From an uncultured Acidobacteriota bacterium (GTDB taxonomy: Bacteria > Acidobacteriota > Thermoanaerobaculia > Gp7-AA8), in NCBI GenBank assembly GCA_963741955.1, contig CAVUKB010000009.1, forward strand, positions 1 through 64,000: a DNA stretch of 64,000 nt. Direction: 5' to 3'. Below, piece by piece: positions 9,701-20,573 of this stretch (the first letter of the stretch is position 1; each line of letters opens with the position of its first letter). Below the pieces are notes generated by a model, which worked only from the letters and a program-made list of their open reading frames with translations, was not told where the DNA came from and searched no databases. Both the position numbers and the translations under genes were made by a program.

Positions 9701-10836
9701 CGAGAGTCCTCCATGTCATCACGGACCTGAGCCGAGGGGGGGCAGAGCGTACCCTTTGCACGCTCCTGACCTCCGACCGGCGACGCTCTCACGACGTCGT
9801 ATTGTCGATGTCGGATGCCGGAACGTACGGCCCGATCCTGACCAACGCAGGATTCACGGTGATCTCGCTCGGTATGAAGAAGACCAGCCTGAGGCCGGGA
9901 CCTCTGGCTCGAGCCGTGAGGAAAGTCCGCGAGATTCGTCCGGATCTGATTCAGGGCTGGATGTATCACGGAAACCTGGTTGCGAGCATCCTCGGCATCG
10001 CCGTCGGAGAGAGAATTCCGGTGCTGTGGAACGTACGGCACTCACTGTATGAACCGAGGAATGAAAGGGTCAGGACCCGGCTGGTACTTCACGTGAGCAG
10101 ATTTCTGGTATCTCGGGTCGCTCGCGTCCTTTACAACTGCGAACGCTCCCGCGTGCAGCACGAGATGTTCGGTTTCGATGGGAGCGAGTCTCTGGTGATC
10201 CCGAATGGATTCGATTCGGCACACTGGCGACCCGACGGGGTTGCGCGTGCAGAATTTCGACGCGAGCACTGCATCTCCGAGCAAGCGCTCGTCGTCGGTC
10301 ATGTCGCGAGAGTTCACCCGATCAAGGATCATCAAACCTTTTTGCGTGCGGCGGCTCGTGTCGGGTCGGCGATGCCGAACGTTCACTTCGTAATCGTCGG
10401 TCGCGGAGCCGGAACGCTGCGCGACCGGATACCAACGGCACTCGGAGCGTCCCCGAATGGTCGAGTGCACCTGCTGGAAGAACGATCCGACATCGAACGG
10501 GTGCTTCCTGCCTTCGACGTATTCTGTCTCAGTTCCCGAGCCGAGGCGTTTCCGAACGCGCTGGCGGAAGCGATGGCGTGCGGTGTACCGTGCGTCGCGA
10601 CTGATGTCGGAGAGTGTCGCGAGATCCTGGGCACGACCGGGGCGGCCGTTCCGGCGGGGGACGAGAGGGCGATGGCCGCTGCGATTTTCCAGCTCCTGCA
10701 GAAGGATCCCTCCCTTCGGAGGACCCTGGGGCTCCGGGCCCGCGAGCGAATCGTCTCGCGATTCGAACTGAACGACACACTGGATGCGTACACGAGGGTG
10801 TACGACGACACGGCAGCAACCCCACGGGAGTTTTGA
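9697..10836 (+). CDS. GT4 glycosyltransferase
   Basis: GTGA overlap; GGAERTL; WMYHGNL; EAFPNALAEAMACG. Confidence 0.9.
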   Translation: MTRVLHVITDLSRGGAERTLCTLLTSDRRRSHDVVLSMSDAGTYGPILTNAGFTVISLGMKKTSLRPGPLARAVRKVREIRPDLIQGWMYHGNLVASILGIAVGERIPVLWNVRHSLYEPRNERVRTRLVLHVSRFLVSRVARVLYNCERSRVQHEMFGFDGSESLVIPNGFDSAHWRPDGVARAEFRREHCISEQALVVGHVARVHPIKDHQTFLRAAARVGSAMPNVHFVIVGRGAGTLRDRIPTALGASPNGRVHLLEERSDIERVLPAFDVFCLSSRAEAFPNALAEAMACGVPCVATDVGECREILGTTGAAVPAGDERAMAAAIFQLLQKDPSLRRTLGLRARERIVSRFELNDTLDAYTRVYDDTAATPREF

Positions 10837-12830
10837 TGTGCGGAATCGCAGGATTTTGGAACTCGGAGAACACCTCTGAGCTGACGCGAATCGCCGGAGC
10901 GATGGCGGGACGTCTGGAGCACCGCGGTCCCGACGATGGCGGGACATGGGAGGATCGCGAAGCCGGAATCGCGTTCGGCCACAGACGTCTCTCGATCATC
11001 GACGTATCAACTGCAGGGCACCAGCCGATGGTCTCGAGATGCGGGCGCTTCGCTGTCGTGTACAACGGGGAGATCTACAATCATGCCGAGCTGCGCGAGG
11101 AGCTCGAACGCGATCGCGGATTCGCCGGCTGGAAAGGCCACTCCGATACGGAGACACTGCTCGCGGGGCTGATGGAATGGGGAGTCGAGCGCACTCTCGG
11201 CCGGCTGAATGGCATGTTCGCATTCGCGTACTGGGACGGCAGCGCGCGACAGCTTTACCTTGCCCGTGACCGGGCGGGGGAGAAGCCGCTCTATTACGGT
11301 CGCGCTGGCGATGCGTTTCTGTTCGCTTCCGAATTGAAGGCGTTCGATGGATATCCGGGGTGGAGCGGAGAGGTGGATCGGGATGCCCTCTGTCTCTATC
11401 TGAGACACAACTACATCCCCGCTCCCTGGTCGATTTACCGCGGGATTCAAAAGCTCCTTCCAGCGCATTTCCTCGTGGTCGGCCAGGGCGGAAGGTCCGT
11501 CGGCGATCCTCGCTGCTACTGGGATCTTCGATCCGTGGTCGAAGGATCGGATCGTTCCGGGCATCGCGATCCGGCGGAAGCGGTCGACCAACTCGACGAA
11601 CTGCTTCGCGACGCGGTGCGCTCGCGCATGCTTGCGGACGTCCCGCTCGGTGCGTTCCTCTCCGGGGGCATCGACTCGAGCACCGTGGTGGCATTGATGC
11701 AGACGCAAAGCTCCCAACCGGTGAAGACCTTCAGCATCGGCTTCAGCGAGCGTGCCTACGATGAAGCCCCTTACGCGAAGCAGATCGCGTCGCACCTCGG
11801 AACGGACCACACCGAGTGGTACGTGACTCCGGAGGATGCGCTCCGGGTCGTGCCGGATCTCCCTGCGATCTGGGACGAGCCGTTTTCGGACTCTTCTCAG
11901 ATTCCGACCTATCTGGTGAGCCGTCTCGCCCGCAGCAAGGTGACCGTGAGCCTTTCCGGTGATGGTGGCGACGAGTTGTTCTATGGCTACAACCGATATG
12001 CGCTGGGCTCTCGGCTCTGGCGGAGGATGCATCGCATGCCGCCTCATCTCAGGCGCTTCGCCGCCGCGGTCCTTCGAAAGATTCCGGCCGGAATTTTCGA
12101 CCAGACCATGCGTCGTTTTCCTCGGAAGTTCCGCTTCCACGCCGTCGGCGATCGCATTCTGAAAGCGGCAGAGGTTCTCAGTGAAGAAAGTGCCGAGGCC
12201 TTCTACCGTCGGCTCGTGTCCCATTGGCCGGCACCCGACGAGATCGTCATCGGCGGACGTGAACCGTCGACGATTCTCTCGAACCCGGCCCGTTGGCCTC
12301 GAACTCAAGACTTTCGCGAGCGGATGATGTTTTTCGACACGCTCACGTATCTTCCTGACGACATCCTGACGAAAGTCGACCGGGCGAGTATGGCCGTGAG
12401 TCTCGAATCACGCGTTCCACTGCTCGACCATCGGGTGATGGAACTGGCATGGCAGATGCCGATGGAGCTCAAGATGCGGGGAGGTGTCACCAAATGGCTG
12501 CTGAGACAGGTCCTCTACCGCTACGTTCCAAAGCGGCTCGTCGAGCGGCCGAAAATGGGATTTGGAGTTCCAATCGAAAGCTGGCTGCGCGGTCCTCTCC
12601 GGGAATGGGCCGAGGCGCTGCTCGACGAGAATCGCCTCCGCGAAGAGGGGTTCTTCGATCCGACACAGATTCGTATCAAGTGGCGGCAGCACCTATCGGG
12701 CGAGCGGCGGTGGCATTATCCACTCTGGGACATTCTGATGTTTCAGGCGTGGCGGGAAGCGAGGACTCGAAGCCGGATCGGCTGCCGCGGCGATTCGGAG
12801 ACCATCGGTGTCACGGGTGGTGTCGGCTGA
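10836..12830 (+). CDS. asnB: Asparagine synthase-like glutamine amidotransferase (polysaccharide-associated, WbpS-like)
   Basis: MCGIAG Ntn N-terminus; HRGPD; YNGEIYN; LSGGIDSS; SGDGGDE. Confidence 0.93.
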   Translation: MCGIAGFWNSENTSELTRIAGAMAGRLEHRGPDDGGTWEDREAGIAFGHRRLSIIDVSTAGHQPMVSRCGRFAVVYNGEIYNHAELREELERDRGFAGWKGHSDTETLLAGLMEWGVERTLGRLNGMFAFAYWDGSARQLYLARDRAGEKPLYYGRAGDAFLFASELKAFDGYPGWSGEVDRDALCLYLRHNYIPAPWSIYRGIQKLLPAHFLVVGQGGRSVGDPRCYWDLRSVVEGSDRSGHRDPAEAVDQLDELLRDAVRSRMLADVPLGAFLSGGIDSSTVVALMQTQSSQPVKTFSIGFSERAYDEAPYAKQIASHLGTDHTEWYVTPEDALRVVPDLPAIWDEPFSDSSQIPTYLVSRLARSKVTVSLSGDGGDELFYGYNRYALGSRLWRRMHRMPPHLRRFAAAVLRKIPAGIFDQTMRRFPRKFRFHAVGDRILKAAEVLSEESAEAFYRRLVSHWPAPDEIVIGGREPSTILSNPARWPRTQDFRERMMFFDTLTYLPDDILTKVDRASMAVSLESRVPLLDHRVMELAWQMPMELKMRGGVTKWLLRQVLYRYVPKRLVERPKMGFGVPIESWLRGPLREWAEALLDENRLREEGFFDPTQIRIKWRQHLSGERRWHYPLWDILMFQAWREARTRSRIGCRGDSETIGVTGGVG

Positions 12831-13027
12831 TCGCCGGCCCGAACCGGAATCATGTTCAGAGAGCTCCGATCCCGCGCTGGCAGAGCTCCGTCAATTGCGG
12901 ATCCTCACGTCATCAGTAGATCGACGATGGAGGGCGCGATCGCGCGTCGCCCCCCAGCGCGCTGGACGCGGCGGGGAGGGCCGGCGCCCCCGCTGCCGTA
13001 CCGAGGACGGGTGATCGTCTCATCGGA

Positions 13028-13861
13028 TCACTTCGGGCCGACCTTCCGAAACACGAACTGATTGCAGCCCAATCGATTCGTCGTGGTGAGATTCTCGAGC
13101 ACGTAACCGCGCCGTTTGTAGAAGTGAAAGATGTTCTCCGGTTTCGCCACCTCGAATGGATAGCCTCCAAGCCAGTCGATCCAGTCGTGGTAGACGGACA
13201 TCCCGCGCTTCTTACGGTGATTGGAGAAGTGTCCGAGAGGATTCCGGTACTTGACCACTCCCATTGCCGTGCCCTGCAATGCAAATATCGGGATGCAGAT
13301 GCAGCTCACCAGTGCCCGCCCCAACAGATTGGAGCAATAGACTCGCTTGACCGTCCTCCAGAGACGGGAGGCGACGTCCTGGTCATTGTAGATGGCGATG
13401 AACAGGAGGCCCTGGTCCGCTACGGGGATCATGACGTTCTCCAGTGCTCTCGCCATGTCGCCGGTGTGATGAAGCGCACCCCAGGAATAGACGACGTCGA
13501 ATCTGCCGAGCGATCGAAGGTAGCTCTCGTCCAGCACCGAGCCTTCCTCGATCGTCCATTCCCGCGCATCCGGATCGTAGCGGCGCCTCAACTCGGCAGT
13601 GCAGCGTACGGATTGGGGATCGAAATCGAACGAATGGACCGTGGCACCGAGTCTGCGCGCGGCGAGACTGAACAGGCCGCTGCCGGAGCCGATATCCAGG
13701 AATCGCCGTCCCTTCAACGTATCGACCGCGAGCATCTCCTTGAGCGACTGCTCCGCTTCGAAGATCCGTTCGTCATTCAGCTTCCGCAGGAAGGATTCCC
13801 AGTTTGCTCCGAATCTGAAGCGCTCACCGCGAGAGATCTCTTCTGAATGAGTGGGCGTCAT
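13028..13861 (-). CDS. Class I SAM-dependent methyltransferase
   Basis: FLDIGSGSGL; DVVYSWGALHHTG; DWLGGYPFE. Confidence 0.88.
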   Translation of the reverse strand: MTPTHSEEISRGERFRFGANWESFLRKLNDERIFEAEQSLKEMLAVDTLKGRRFLDIGSGSGLFSLAARRLGATVHSFDFDPQSVRCTAELRRRYDPDAREWTIEEGSVLDESYLRSLGRFDVVYSWGALHHTGDMARALENVMIPVADQGLLFIAIYNDQDVASRLWRTVKRVYCSNLLGRALVSCICIPIFALQGTAMGVVKYRNPLGHFSNHRKKRGMSVYHDWIDWLGGYPFEVAKPENIFHFYKRRGYVLENLTTTNRLGCNQFVFRKVGPK

Positions 13862-13973
13862 GTCGATGCTTCTCCCTTTCTACGGAATGGGCCTGGCAAT
13901 GCACTCATGGCGGGCCGAGGGCCGATCTTCGGCCAGCCAGGCCCGTTGCGGCCACTCTGTCGTGTGGGGCGGA

Positions 13974-15131
13974 TCAGTTGCGCGTGCCGCTGTGTCGGGG
14001 AACTGACCGAAAGGTCTCGACCACGAATGCGAGATCGTCGTCACTCATCGCCGATCCGCTGGGGAGGCAGAGGCCTCGCTCGAAGATCCGCTCGGCGATC
14101 GCTCCGCCGACAACGCGGTACTGGCTGAACACCGGTTGGAGATGAAGCGGCTTCCAGACCGGTCGTGATTCTATGTTCTGTGTCTCGAGATGGAGGCGCA
14201 CCTCTTCGGTCTCGGTTCCGAAGATTTCCGGGTCAATCTGAATGCAGGTCAGCCAGCGGTTGGAGTGTCCCCAATCGGCCTCGGGCATGAACGTGATTCC
14301 GGGAACATTCGACAGAGCATTGCGGTAGTGGTCGAAGATCCGGCGGCGTGCGGCGACGCGCTCGTCCAGAACCTCGAGCTGCGCCCGTCCGATCCCGGCG
14401 AGAACGTTGCTCGCCCGGTAGTTGAAACCGATTTGTGAATGTTCGTAGTGCGGCGCAGGATCCTTCGCCTGTTGAGAAAGAAAGCGGGCCTTGCGGGCGA
14501 GCTCCACATCGTCGGTCGCGAGCATGCCACCGCCCGCGGTCGTGATGATCTTGTTGCCGTTGAACGAGAAGACGTTGGCCAGTCCGAAGGTCCCCGCGGA
14601 TCTTCCTTTGTAGGTTGCGCCAAGAGCCTCAGCGGCGTCTTCGATGAGCGTCACGCCATGGTGCGTGCATACTTCGCGGATCGGGTCGAGATCGGCGCAC
14701 TGCCCGTAGAGGTCGACCGCAATCACGGCCGTTGGAAGCTTTCCTCGTCGCGCGCAGTCGTCGAGCTCCTGTGCGACAAGTGACGGGTCGATGTTCCAGG
14801 AGCGCTCCTCGCTGTCGATGAACACGGGAGTCGCTCGTTCGTACACGATCGGGTTTGCCGAGGCAGCGAAGGTGAGCGTGGAACAGAGGACCTCGTCTCC
14901 GGGACCGATGCCGAGGATGCGAAGGGCAAGGTGGAGCGCAGCCGTTCCGCTGCTGACCGCGACCGCTTCCTTCATGCCGATCTTCGCCGCGAATTCGCGT
15001 TCGAAGGCGTCGACGTGCGGTCCTGTCGGTGCGATCCAGTTGGTGGCGAAGGCATCCGCGACGTACTCCTGCTCACGTCCGCTCATGTGCGGTGGCGAGA
15101 GATAGATGCGGCGTGATGGGCGGTCGGTCAT
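13974..15131 (-). CDS. DegT/DnrJ/EryC1/StrS PLP aminotransferase (PglE/EpsN-like)
   Basis: IYLSPPHM; SSGTAALHLAL; EDAAEALG; SFNGNKIITT. Confidence 0.93.
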   Translation of the reverse strand: MTDRPSRRIYLSPPHMSGREQEYVADAFATNWIAPTGPHVDAFEREFAAKIGMKEAVAVSSGTAALHLALRILGIGPGDEVLCSTLTFAASANPIVYERATPVFIDSEERSWNIDPSLVAQELDDCARRGKLPTAVIAVDLYGQCADLDPIREVCTHHGVTLIEDAAEALGATYKGRSAGTFGLANVFSFNGNKIITTAGGGMLATDDVELARKARFLSQQAKDPAPHYEHSQIGFNYRASNVLAGIGRAQLEVLDERVAARRRIFDHYRNALSNVPGITFMPEADWGHSNRWLTCIQIDPEIFGTETEEVRLHLETQNIESRPVWKPLHLQPVFSQYRVVGGAIAERIFERGLCLPSGSAMSDDDLAFVVETFRSVPRHSGTRN

Positions 15132-15161
15132 CCGGCGATCTCCTGGTTGAGACGGTTCGTC

Positions 15162-15172
15162 ATTCTAGCAGG
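15162..15172 (-). promoter_or_regulatory. Putative extended -10 promoter (TGcTAGAAT) for the aminotransferase gene
   Basis: Minus strand reads TGCTAGAATG about 30 nt upstream of the ATG. Confidence 0.45.
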
Positions 15173-15262
15173 GGCGAACGGACCCGGTGAGGCCCTCGAA
15201 GGCGTCGACCGCTGCGGTGGCGGCCTGACGGCCGCCATTCAACCTCGCTCTCCCGGCCCGGA

Positions 15263-17773
15263 TCATCGGAACCGGGGAACGACAAACACCCCGGTGATCC
15301 CGAGCAGGAGAGCCAGAAACGCCATCGCCAACGGAGAGAGGGTGGGAATGATGATCCCTCCGATCACGGCCAGTGGACTGGATGCACTGCCGTTGCCCGG
15401 GGTGGGGTCCGAGGTGCTGGCACTCACAGTTGCCGTGTTCGTGACGGCCGCCTCTCGATGAGGATCGAGCGCGACTGTGAGCTCGAAGGTTGCTGTGATT
15501 CCTGCCGGAAGCGTAGCAATCGTGCAGGTGATCGTTCCGGTGTCCCCTACCGGTGGATACGTGCACGTGAATGCCGGGCCCGCCGTCTGCGTCGCCGAGG
15601 CGAAGGTCTCCGAGGCGGGGAGAGCATCGGTCAGAGTCACGTCCGACGCGTCGGAGGGTCCGTTGTTCACCACGGATACCGTGTAGGTCACGTTGGAGCC
15701 TGCCTGCGCGCTCGCCGGTCCTGTCTTGGTCACGGCCAGATCGGCGGACTCGGTGAGTTGGGTGGTCGTGGTCGAAGTGTCGTTGGCCGGATTCGAATCA
15801 GTCGTCGAAGTCGTGGCCGTCGCAGTGTTGGAGATCGAGGTACCTGCGGGGAGTCCCGAACCGGATCTCACGGTGAAGGCGAATGTTGCGGGGGAAGAAG
15901 GTATCAGAGTGCCGATGGTGCAGGTGACCGCGCCCGATCCTCCGACCGGGGGTGTGATGCAGGTGAATGATGGCCCGCCGGTCTGAACGGCTGAAACAAA
16001 AGTCGTGTTCGCGGGGACGGTGTCGCTCAGATCCACGTTGGCTGCGCTCGAGATCCCGAGGTTGGTCAGAGTGAGGGTGTAGGTCAGATCGGCTCCCGCG
16101 GCGATGGTTGATGGCCCGGTCTTGCTCAGATCGAGATCGGCCTGGGTTGCGATATTCACGTTCGCGGTTGCGGTGTCGTTGCCGGGAGACGAATCGATGG
16201 CAGACGAAGAAATGGCCGCCATGTTGCCGATCGTTCCGCCGTTGGGAGCGGATGGATCGATCCGGGTGACCAGATCGAAACTCGCCGATGCCGAGAGCGG
16301 CAGATTCGCGACAGTGCAGGTGACGGTTCCGGTGGACCCGACCGGGGGAGAGGTACATGAGAAGGCGGAACCACTGGTCTGATTCAGCGAGACGAACGTC
16401 GTATTCGGCGGAATCGTGTCGGCGAGAGAGACGGCGGCCGCGTCGGATGGTCCTGCATTCGTGACCTGAATCGACCAGGTCACGTCGTTCCCGGCGATCA
16501 CCGGATCAGGCGATCCGATCTTGGTGACGGAAAGGTCGGCCTGGCTCGTGGAAGTTGCGGTCGTCGTCGCTGTGTTCGGGGTCGTCGGGTCGGCTGTCGA
16601 CGACGTCACCGTCACGGTGTTGACGATCGGGGTTCCGGCAGGAGTGTTCGCCGGGACATTGGCCTGAATGACGAACTGCGACGCACCGACTGCGAACGTG
16701 GTTCTGGAACAGCTGATGGTCCCGCTACTACCGACTGCCGGCATGGTGCACGTCCAACCTGCAGCTGCCGTCAGCGACTGGAACTCGAGCGCCGGAGGGA
16801 GAGGATCGTTCAGCACCACGTTCGAAGCGTCGCTTGGACCGTTGTTGACCACATCGATGGTGTATGTCAGGCCGCTTCCGGCGATCGGCGTTGCTGGAGT
16901 GGACGCCTTCGAGACGGTGATGTCGGCATTTGGGGAGATCTGGGTAACCAGGCTGGCGGTTCTGGGACTCGCCGGATCGGTCGAGGCCGTCACCGAAACG
17001 GAATTCGTCACGGTTGTTCCCGGATTCGAAGGAGACGTGCTGGCCTGGATGGTCAGAGTCGAGGTGCCGACGTCGATCTGTGGACTCGTGCACTGCACGG
17101 TGCCGTTGCTTCCAACCGGCGGCGTGGTGCAACTCCAGCCGGATCCGGAAACGCCGACGAACAGGAGGTCGGCCGGCAGAACGTCCGTGATGACGTTGTC
17201 CGCCGAGGATGAAGGACCGGGATCGGTGACGGTAACCGTGTAGGTGATAATCGCGCCCGAGAAGGCTGTGGCGGGACCGGTTTTCGAAATCGAGAGGAAG
17301 GCCTGCCAGACGAGCGGTACCGAATAGGAATTGGTGTTGTCATGCGAATCGGGATCGGCAGTGGTGGAGGAGACGGTAGAATCGAGCGTGATCACCGTTC
17401 CCTGCGGCGTGTCGGAAGGAGTCGTGACACTCAGGAGAATCTGAGCGGTGCCGGGAGGAAGCGTCGACACAGTACATTGAATGGTTCCGGTGCCGCCAAC
17501 TGCGGGAGTCGTGCAGCTCCAGCCCGCAGGAGCGGCCAGAGAGACGAACGTGGTGTTGGTCGGCGTCGACGTGTCGAGGACGACGTTCTGCGCATCGTCG
17601 GGCCCTTCGTTGTTCACGTTGATTGCGTAGTTGAGATTCGTACCCGCGATTGCGGGACCGACATCGGTCCGCTGGGGGTCGACCGAAAGACTCGCAGTCT
17701 GAGCTGCCAGCGAGGTTGCGAATGCTGCGATGAGGATGACGAACAGAATTCCAATCGGACGACGATGCCGCAC
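15263..17773 (-). CDS. DUF11-repeat surface protein with IPTL-CTERM sorting signal
   Basis: GTG start after AAGGAGGT; signal peptide; six ADL.VTK..NxGPSDA repeats each with CxxPxVGxxGxxxC; C-terminus IPTLS + TM + basic tail. Confidence 0.88.
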   Translation of the reverse strand: MRHRRPIGILFVILIAAFATSLAAQTASLSVDPQRTDVGPAIAGTNLNYAINVNNEGPDDAQNVVLDTSTPTNTTFVSLAAPAGWSCTTPAVGGTGTIQCTVSTLPPGTAQILLSVTTPSDTPQGTVITLDSTVSSTTADPDSHDNTNSYSVPLVWQAFLSISKTGPATAFSGAIITYTVTVTDPGPSSSADNVITDVLPADLLFVGVSGSGWSCTTPPVGSNGTVQCTSPQIDVGTSTLTIQASTSPSNPGTTVTNSVSVTASTDPASPRTASLVTQISPNADITVSKASTPATPIAGSGLTYTIDVVNNGPSDASNVVLNDPLPPALEFQSLTAAAGWTCTMPAVGSSGTISCSRTTFAVGASQFVIQANVPANTPAGTPIVNTVTVTSSTADPTTPNTATTTATSTSQADLSVTKIGSPDPVIAGNDVTWSIQVTNAGPSDAAAVSLADTIPPNTTFVSLNQTSGSAFSCTSPPVGSTGTVTCTVANLPLSASASFDLVTRIDPSAPNGGTIGNMAAISSSAIDSSPGNDTATANVNIATQADLDLSKTGPSTIAAGADLTYTLTLTNLGISSAANVDLSDTVPANTTFVSAVQTGGPSFTCITPPVGGSGAVTCTIGTLIPSSPATFAFTVRSGSGLPAGTSISNTATATTSTTDSNPANDTSTTTTQLTESADLAVTKTGPASAQAGSNVTYTVSVVNNGPSDASDVTLTDALPASETFASATQTAGPAFTCTYPPVGDTGTITCTIATLPAGITATFELTVALDPHREAAVTNTATVSASTSDPTPGNGSASSPLAVIGGIIIPTLSPLAMAFLALLLGITGVFVVPRFR

Positions 17774-17949
17774 GGAGACCTCCTTGATGAGAGGGGACTA
17801 CTTATCACAACGCCGATCCGCTGCGGAAAATCTTCTCGTTTCTGCGAGGCGCTGCATTTTCGCAGAGGGGACTGCAGCCGGGCCTGCTCTCGATCCGGCG
17901 AGATTTTCAGGAGGCGGAGTGCGAATCGACCCCCAGCGCGGAGCCCGAT

Positions 17950-18579
17950 TCATTCCCTGGTGAAGAGCGTCTCGATCACGTACCGGATGTCGCGGCTGAA
18001 CCGGTAGTTTTCGATGTACTCCCGGTTGAGACGCACCTTCTCCACCCAGACCACCTCCCGATTGAAACGTTCGGGATCCGGCTGTTGGGCGAGGAGCCGC
18101 TCCTCGTCACGGAAACGGAGAGTGGCTGGACCGGTGATCCCCGGACGAAGCTCGAGAATGATTCGATCGTCGCCCTCGAGCGCATCCGCGAATCCAGGGA
18201 CGTCCGGGCGGGGTCCGACGAAACTCATTTCACCGCGGAGAACGTTCCAGAGCTGCGGGAGCTCATCAATCTTCGCTTTCCGGAACAACCGTCCCAGCCG
18301 GGTGATGCGCGGATCGAGGTCGCTGGTGACGTTGGTCTGGTAGCCGGAGCTGGACCGCATGGTGCGGATCTTCACGACCTTGAACCGTCTTCCATGCCGT
18401 CCGACGCGTGTCTGGGTGAAGAACCCGTTCATCCCCGTGTCGATCGTCGCTGCCAGTGCCGCAACGAGAATGATGGGCCACGTAACGAGCAGGCCGCCCG
18501 CCGCGACGACGAGATCGAAGCTCCGCTTCAACATCCGATCGCGGAACGACAGAGCGGGACGAATCTCAGAAATAGCCAT
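17950..18579 (-). CDS. Priming phosphoglycosyl transferase (PglC/WcaJ family)
   Basis: KRSFDLV; KIRTM; [21 protein letters not shown]; RPGITG. Confidence 0.92.
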   Translation of the reverse strand: MAISEIRPALSFRDRMLKRSFDLVVAAGGLLVTWPIILVAALAATIDTGMNGFFTQTRVGRHGRRFKVVKIRTMRSSSGYQTNVTSDLDPRITRLGRLFRKAKIDELPQLWNVLRGEMSFVGPRPDVPGFADALEGDDRIILELRPGITGPATLRFRDEERLLAQQPDPERFNREVVWVEKVRLNREYIENYRFSRDIRYVIETLFTRE

Positions 18580-19435
18580 GGGTTCGAAGCGTTTCGCCGG
18601 CGATGACCTCGATCTTCTTCACCGTATCGACGTCGAGGTCCCTGCGCCACTTACCGACACTGCGTGGAGAGACACTTGCGGCGAGCTGGTTCCGTTGTGC
18701 GTCGGGAATGTCGACGCCGAGAAAATCCGCGAGCCGGGAGAGCTCATGTTCCGGATCGCGAGCGAAGGTTTCGTACGAGATCGCGTGCAGCCGTTCGGGG
18801 TCGATCCGGCCGAGGTCTGCGTCGGAACGGTCGACACAGCGCTTCCATTGAAGAGCGCAGACCTCCTCGAGCTCGTACCGGGCGAGCGCATCGTCCAGCC
18901 CCGCGAAACGGGGACCCCAGAACGCGAGGCGTTTCTCTCGGGAGAAAAGGCGATAGGCGCGGTTCCAGAGATATCTCGATGCGTACCACGGAAGATCGGT
19001 CAGGGGAACCCATCGAGCCTTTTTCGCGAGATAAGGGAGATCGAGGGGGGCCGTCCAGCGGAGCTTCGCGGATGCGACGACGTCCCGTCCGTCGCGGACG
19101 ATGTTGATGAATCGCGCCTCGGGGAGGACGGCATCCACGAATCCGACCCGGAGGGAGTTGGCGCAGGTCTTTTCGACCACGTGGTCGAGCCGACCCCGTT
19201 CTGCAATGTGATCGAATGCACCGCGGATGTAGCTCCTGATTCGTGGGGTTACCTGGTCAGCGGTGAGCTCGTCATCGGGATGACGAACGTTTCCGTGACG
19301 CCAGATGTAGTTGATCTCGTCGCAGGGCCAGGTACCGAATCCGGGAATGCCGGTGAGGACGTCACGAAGGATGTTCGTCCCGGAGCGGCCTGCACCGATG
19401 ATCACGATGGGTCGAGCTCGGAGCGGTCCACTCAT
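18566..19435 (-). CDS. PAPS-dependent sulfotransferase
   Basis: 5'-PSB IIGAGRSGTNIL; EKT; 3'-PB RDGRDVVAS; SVGKWR. Confidence 0.9.
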   Translation of the reverse strand: MSGPLRARPIVIIGAGRSGTNILRDVLTGIPGFGTWPCDEINYIWRHGNVRHPDDELTADQVTPRIRSYIRGAFDHIAERGRLDHVVEKTCANSLRVGFVDAVLPEARFINIVRDGRDVVASAKLRWTAPLDLPYLAKKARWVPLTDLPWYASRYLWNRAYRLFSREKRLAFWGPRFAGLDDALARYELEEVCALQWKRCVDRSDADLGRIDPERLHAISYETFARDPEHELSRLADFLGVDIPDAQRNQLAASVSPRSVGKWRRDLDVDTVKKIEVIAGETLRTHGYF

Positions 19436-19445
19436 CGCGTCTTCC

Positions 19446-20573
19446 TCACACCTGAATTCCGAGATGTCGGTAGACATCGAGGGTCTGTTCGAGAACGACC
19501 TCGAGATCGAATTCCGACTCCGCGCGCGTCCGCGCAGCGAGGCCGAGACGTTCGCACAGGGGTTGGTCTTCAACCAGCCGGAGGATCGCCCCAGCGAGTG
19601 CTGTGCCACTCCGTTCACTCACCAGAAGCCCGGTCTCTCCGTCGATGATCACCTCCCGCGAGCCCGGAACATCGAAGGCCACGGAGGGGATGCCGCATGC
19701 CGCAGCCTCCAGAAGAACGCGAGGAACGCCTTCGCGATACGAAGGGAGCACGAAAACCGATGTCCCGGCAAAGAGGGTTCCGACGTCCGGGACATAGCCG
19801 ACAAATTCGATCGTACCGCGATTTTCGGCGTCTCGGATCGCACGTTCCGAGACCGCGTCCGGGTGTGCCGGATCCCATTCGCCGGCAAGTCGAAAGATGA
19901 CCTCCGGATGTTTTGCACGAACGGCCTCCGCTGCGGCGACGTATTCGCCGACCCCCTTCTGCCAGAGGAGCCGCCCAATCATCAGGACCACCCGCCGCCC
20001 GTCCGAATCGCGGGTTGGATTGAATCGCCCGATGTCGACGCCCGATCCGACGATGAGACGCGAACGCTCCGGTTTGACCCACCGGTGGCGCAGGAACAGA
20101 TCCCGATCGTCGCGGTTGAGAAAGATCGTGGCATCCGCGGAGGGAAGAACGAGGCGATATCCGATGGCGGCCATATGTCGAGGTAGACCGCCCTCGATGA
20201 AGGCATGACCGAGTCCGGTCACGGTATTGACCACGAGCGTGCCGCGTGTGCTGCGGGCCGCAGCGGTTCCGAGGATGAGGGGTTTTGCATGGAAGTGATG
20301 CACGAGCCGGGGTTCGTAGAGACGATGAATTCTTCGAAGGTCCAGGAACGCCGCGAGGTCTCGGCTCGGCGCTACGCCGCTTCGATCGAAGATCACCGGC
20401 TCCAGAATCGCCCCCCCATCGACCAGTCGATCCGCGTATTCGTCAGGAGCCGTGGCGATGACCACACGCCATCCTCGCTCGAGCATCCTCTCGATGAGGC
20501 GTCTGCGTGAGCTGAAGAGCGCGTAACCGCGGTTGGCCGCGTAGACGACGGTCTGTTCGGTTCGGGTCATCAT
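19446..20573 (-). CDS. GT4 glycosyltransferase (PglA/CapM-like)
   Basis: HHFHAKP; TVTGLG; GRLLWQKG; SYREGVPRVLLEAAACG. Confidence 0.9.
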   Translation of the reverse strand: MMTRTEQTVVYAANRGYALFSSRRRLIERMLERGWRVVIATAPDEYADRLVDGGAILEPVIFDRSGVAPSRDLAAFLDLRRIHRLYEPRLVHHFHAKPLILGTAAARSTRGTLVVNTVTGLGHAFIEGGLPRHMAAIGYRLVLPSADATIFLNRDDRDLFLRHRWVKPERSRLIVGSGVDIGRFNPTRDSDGRRVVLMIGRLLWQKGVGEYVAAAEAVRAKHPEVIFRLAGEWDPAHPDAVSERAIRDAENRGTIEFVGYVPDVGTLFAGTSVFVLPSYREGVPRVLLEAAACGIPSVAFDVPGSREVIIDGETGLLVSERSGTALAGAILRLVEDQPLCERLGLAARTRAESEFDLEVVLEQTLDVYRHLGIQV

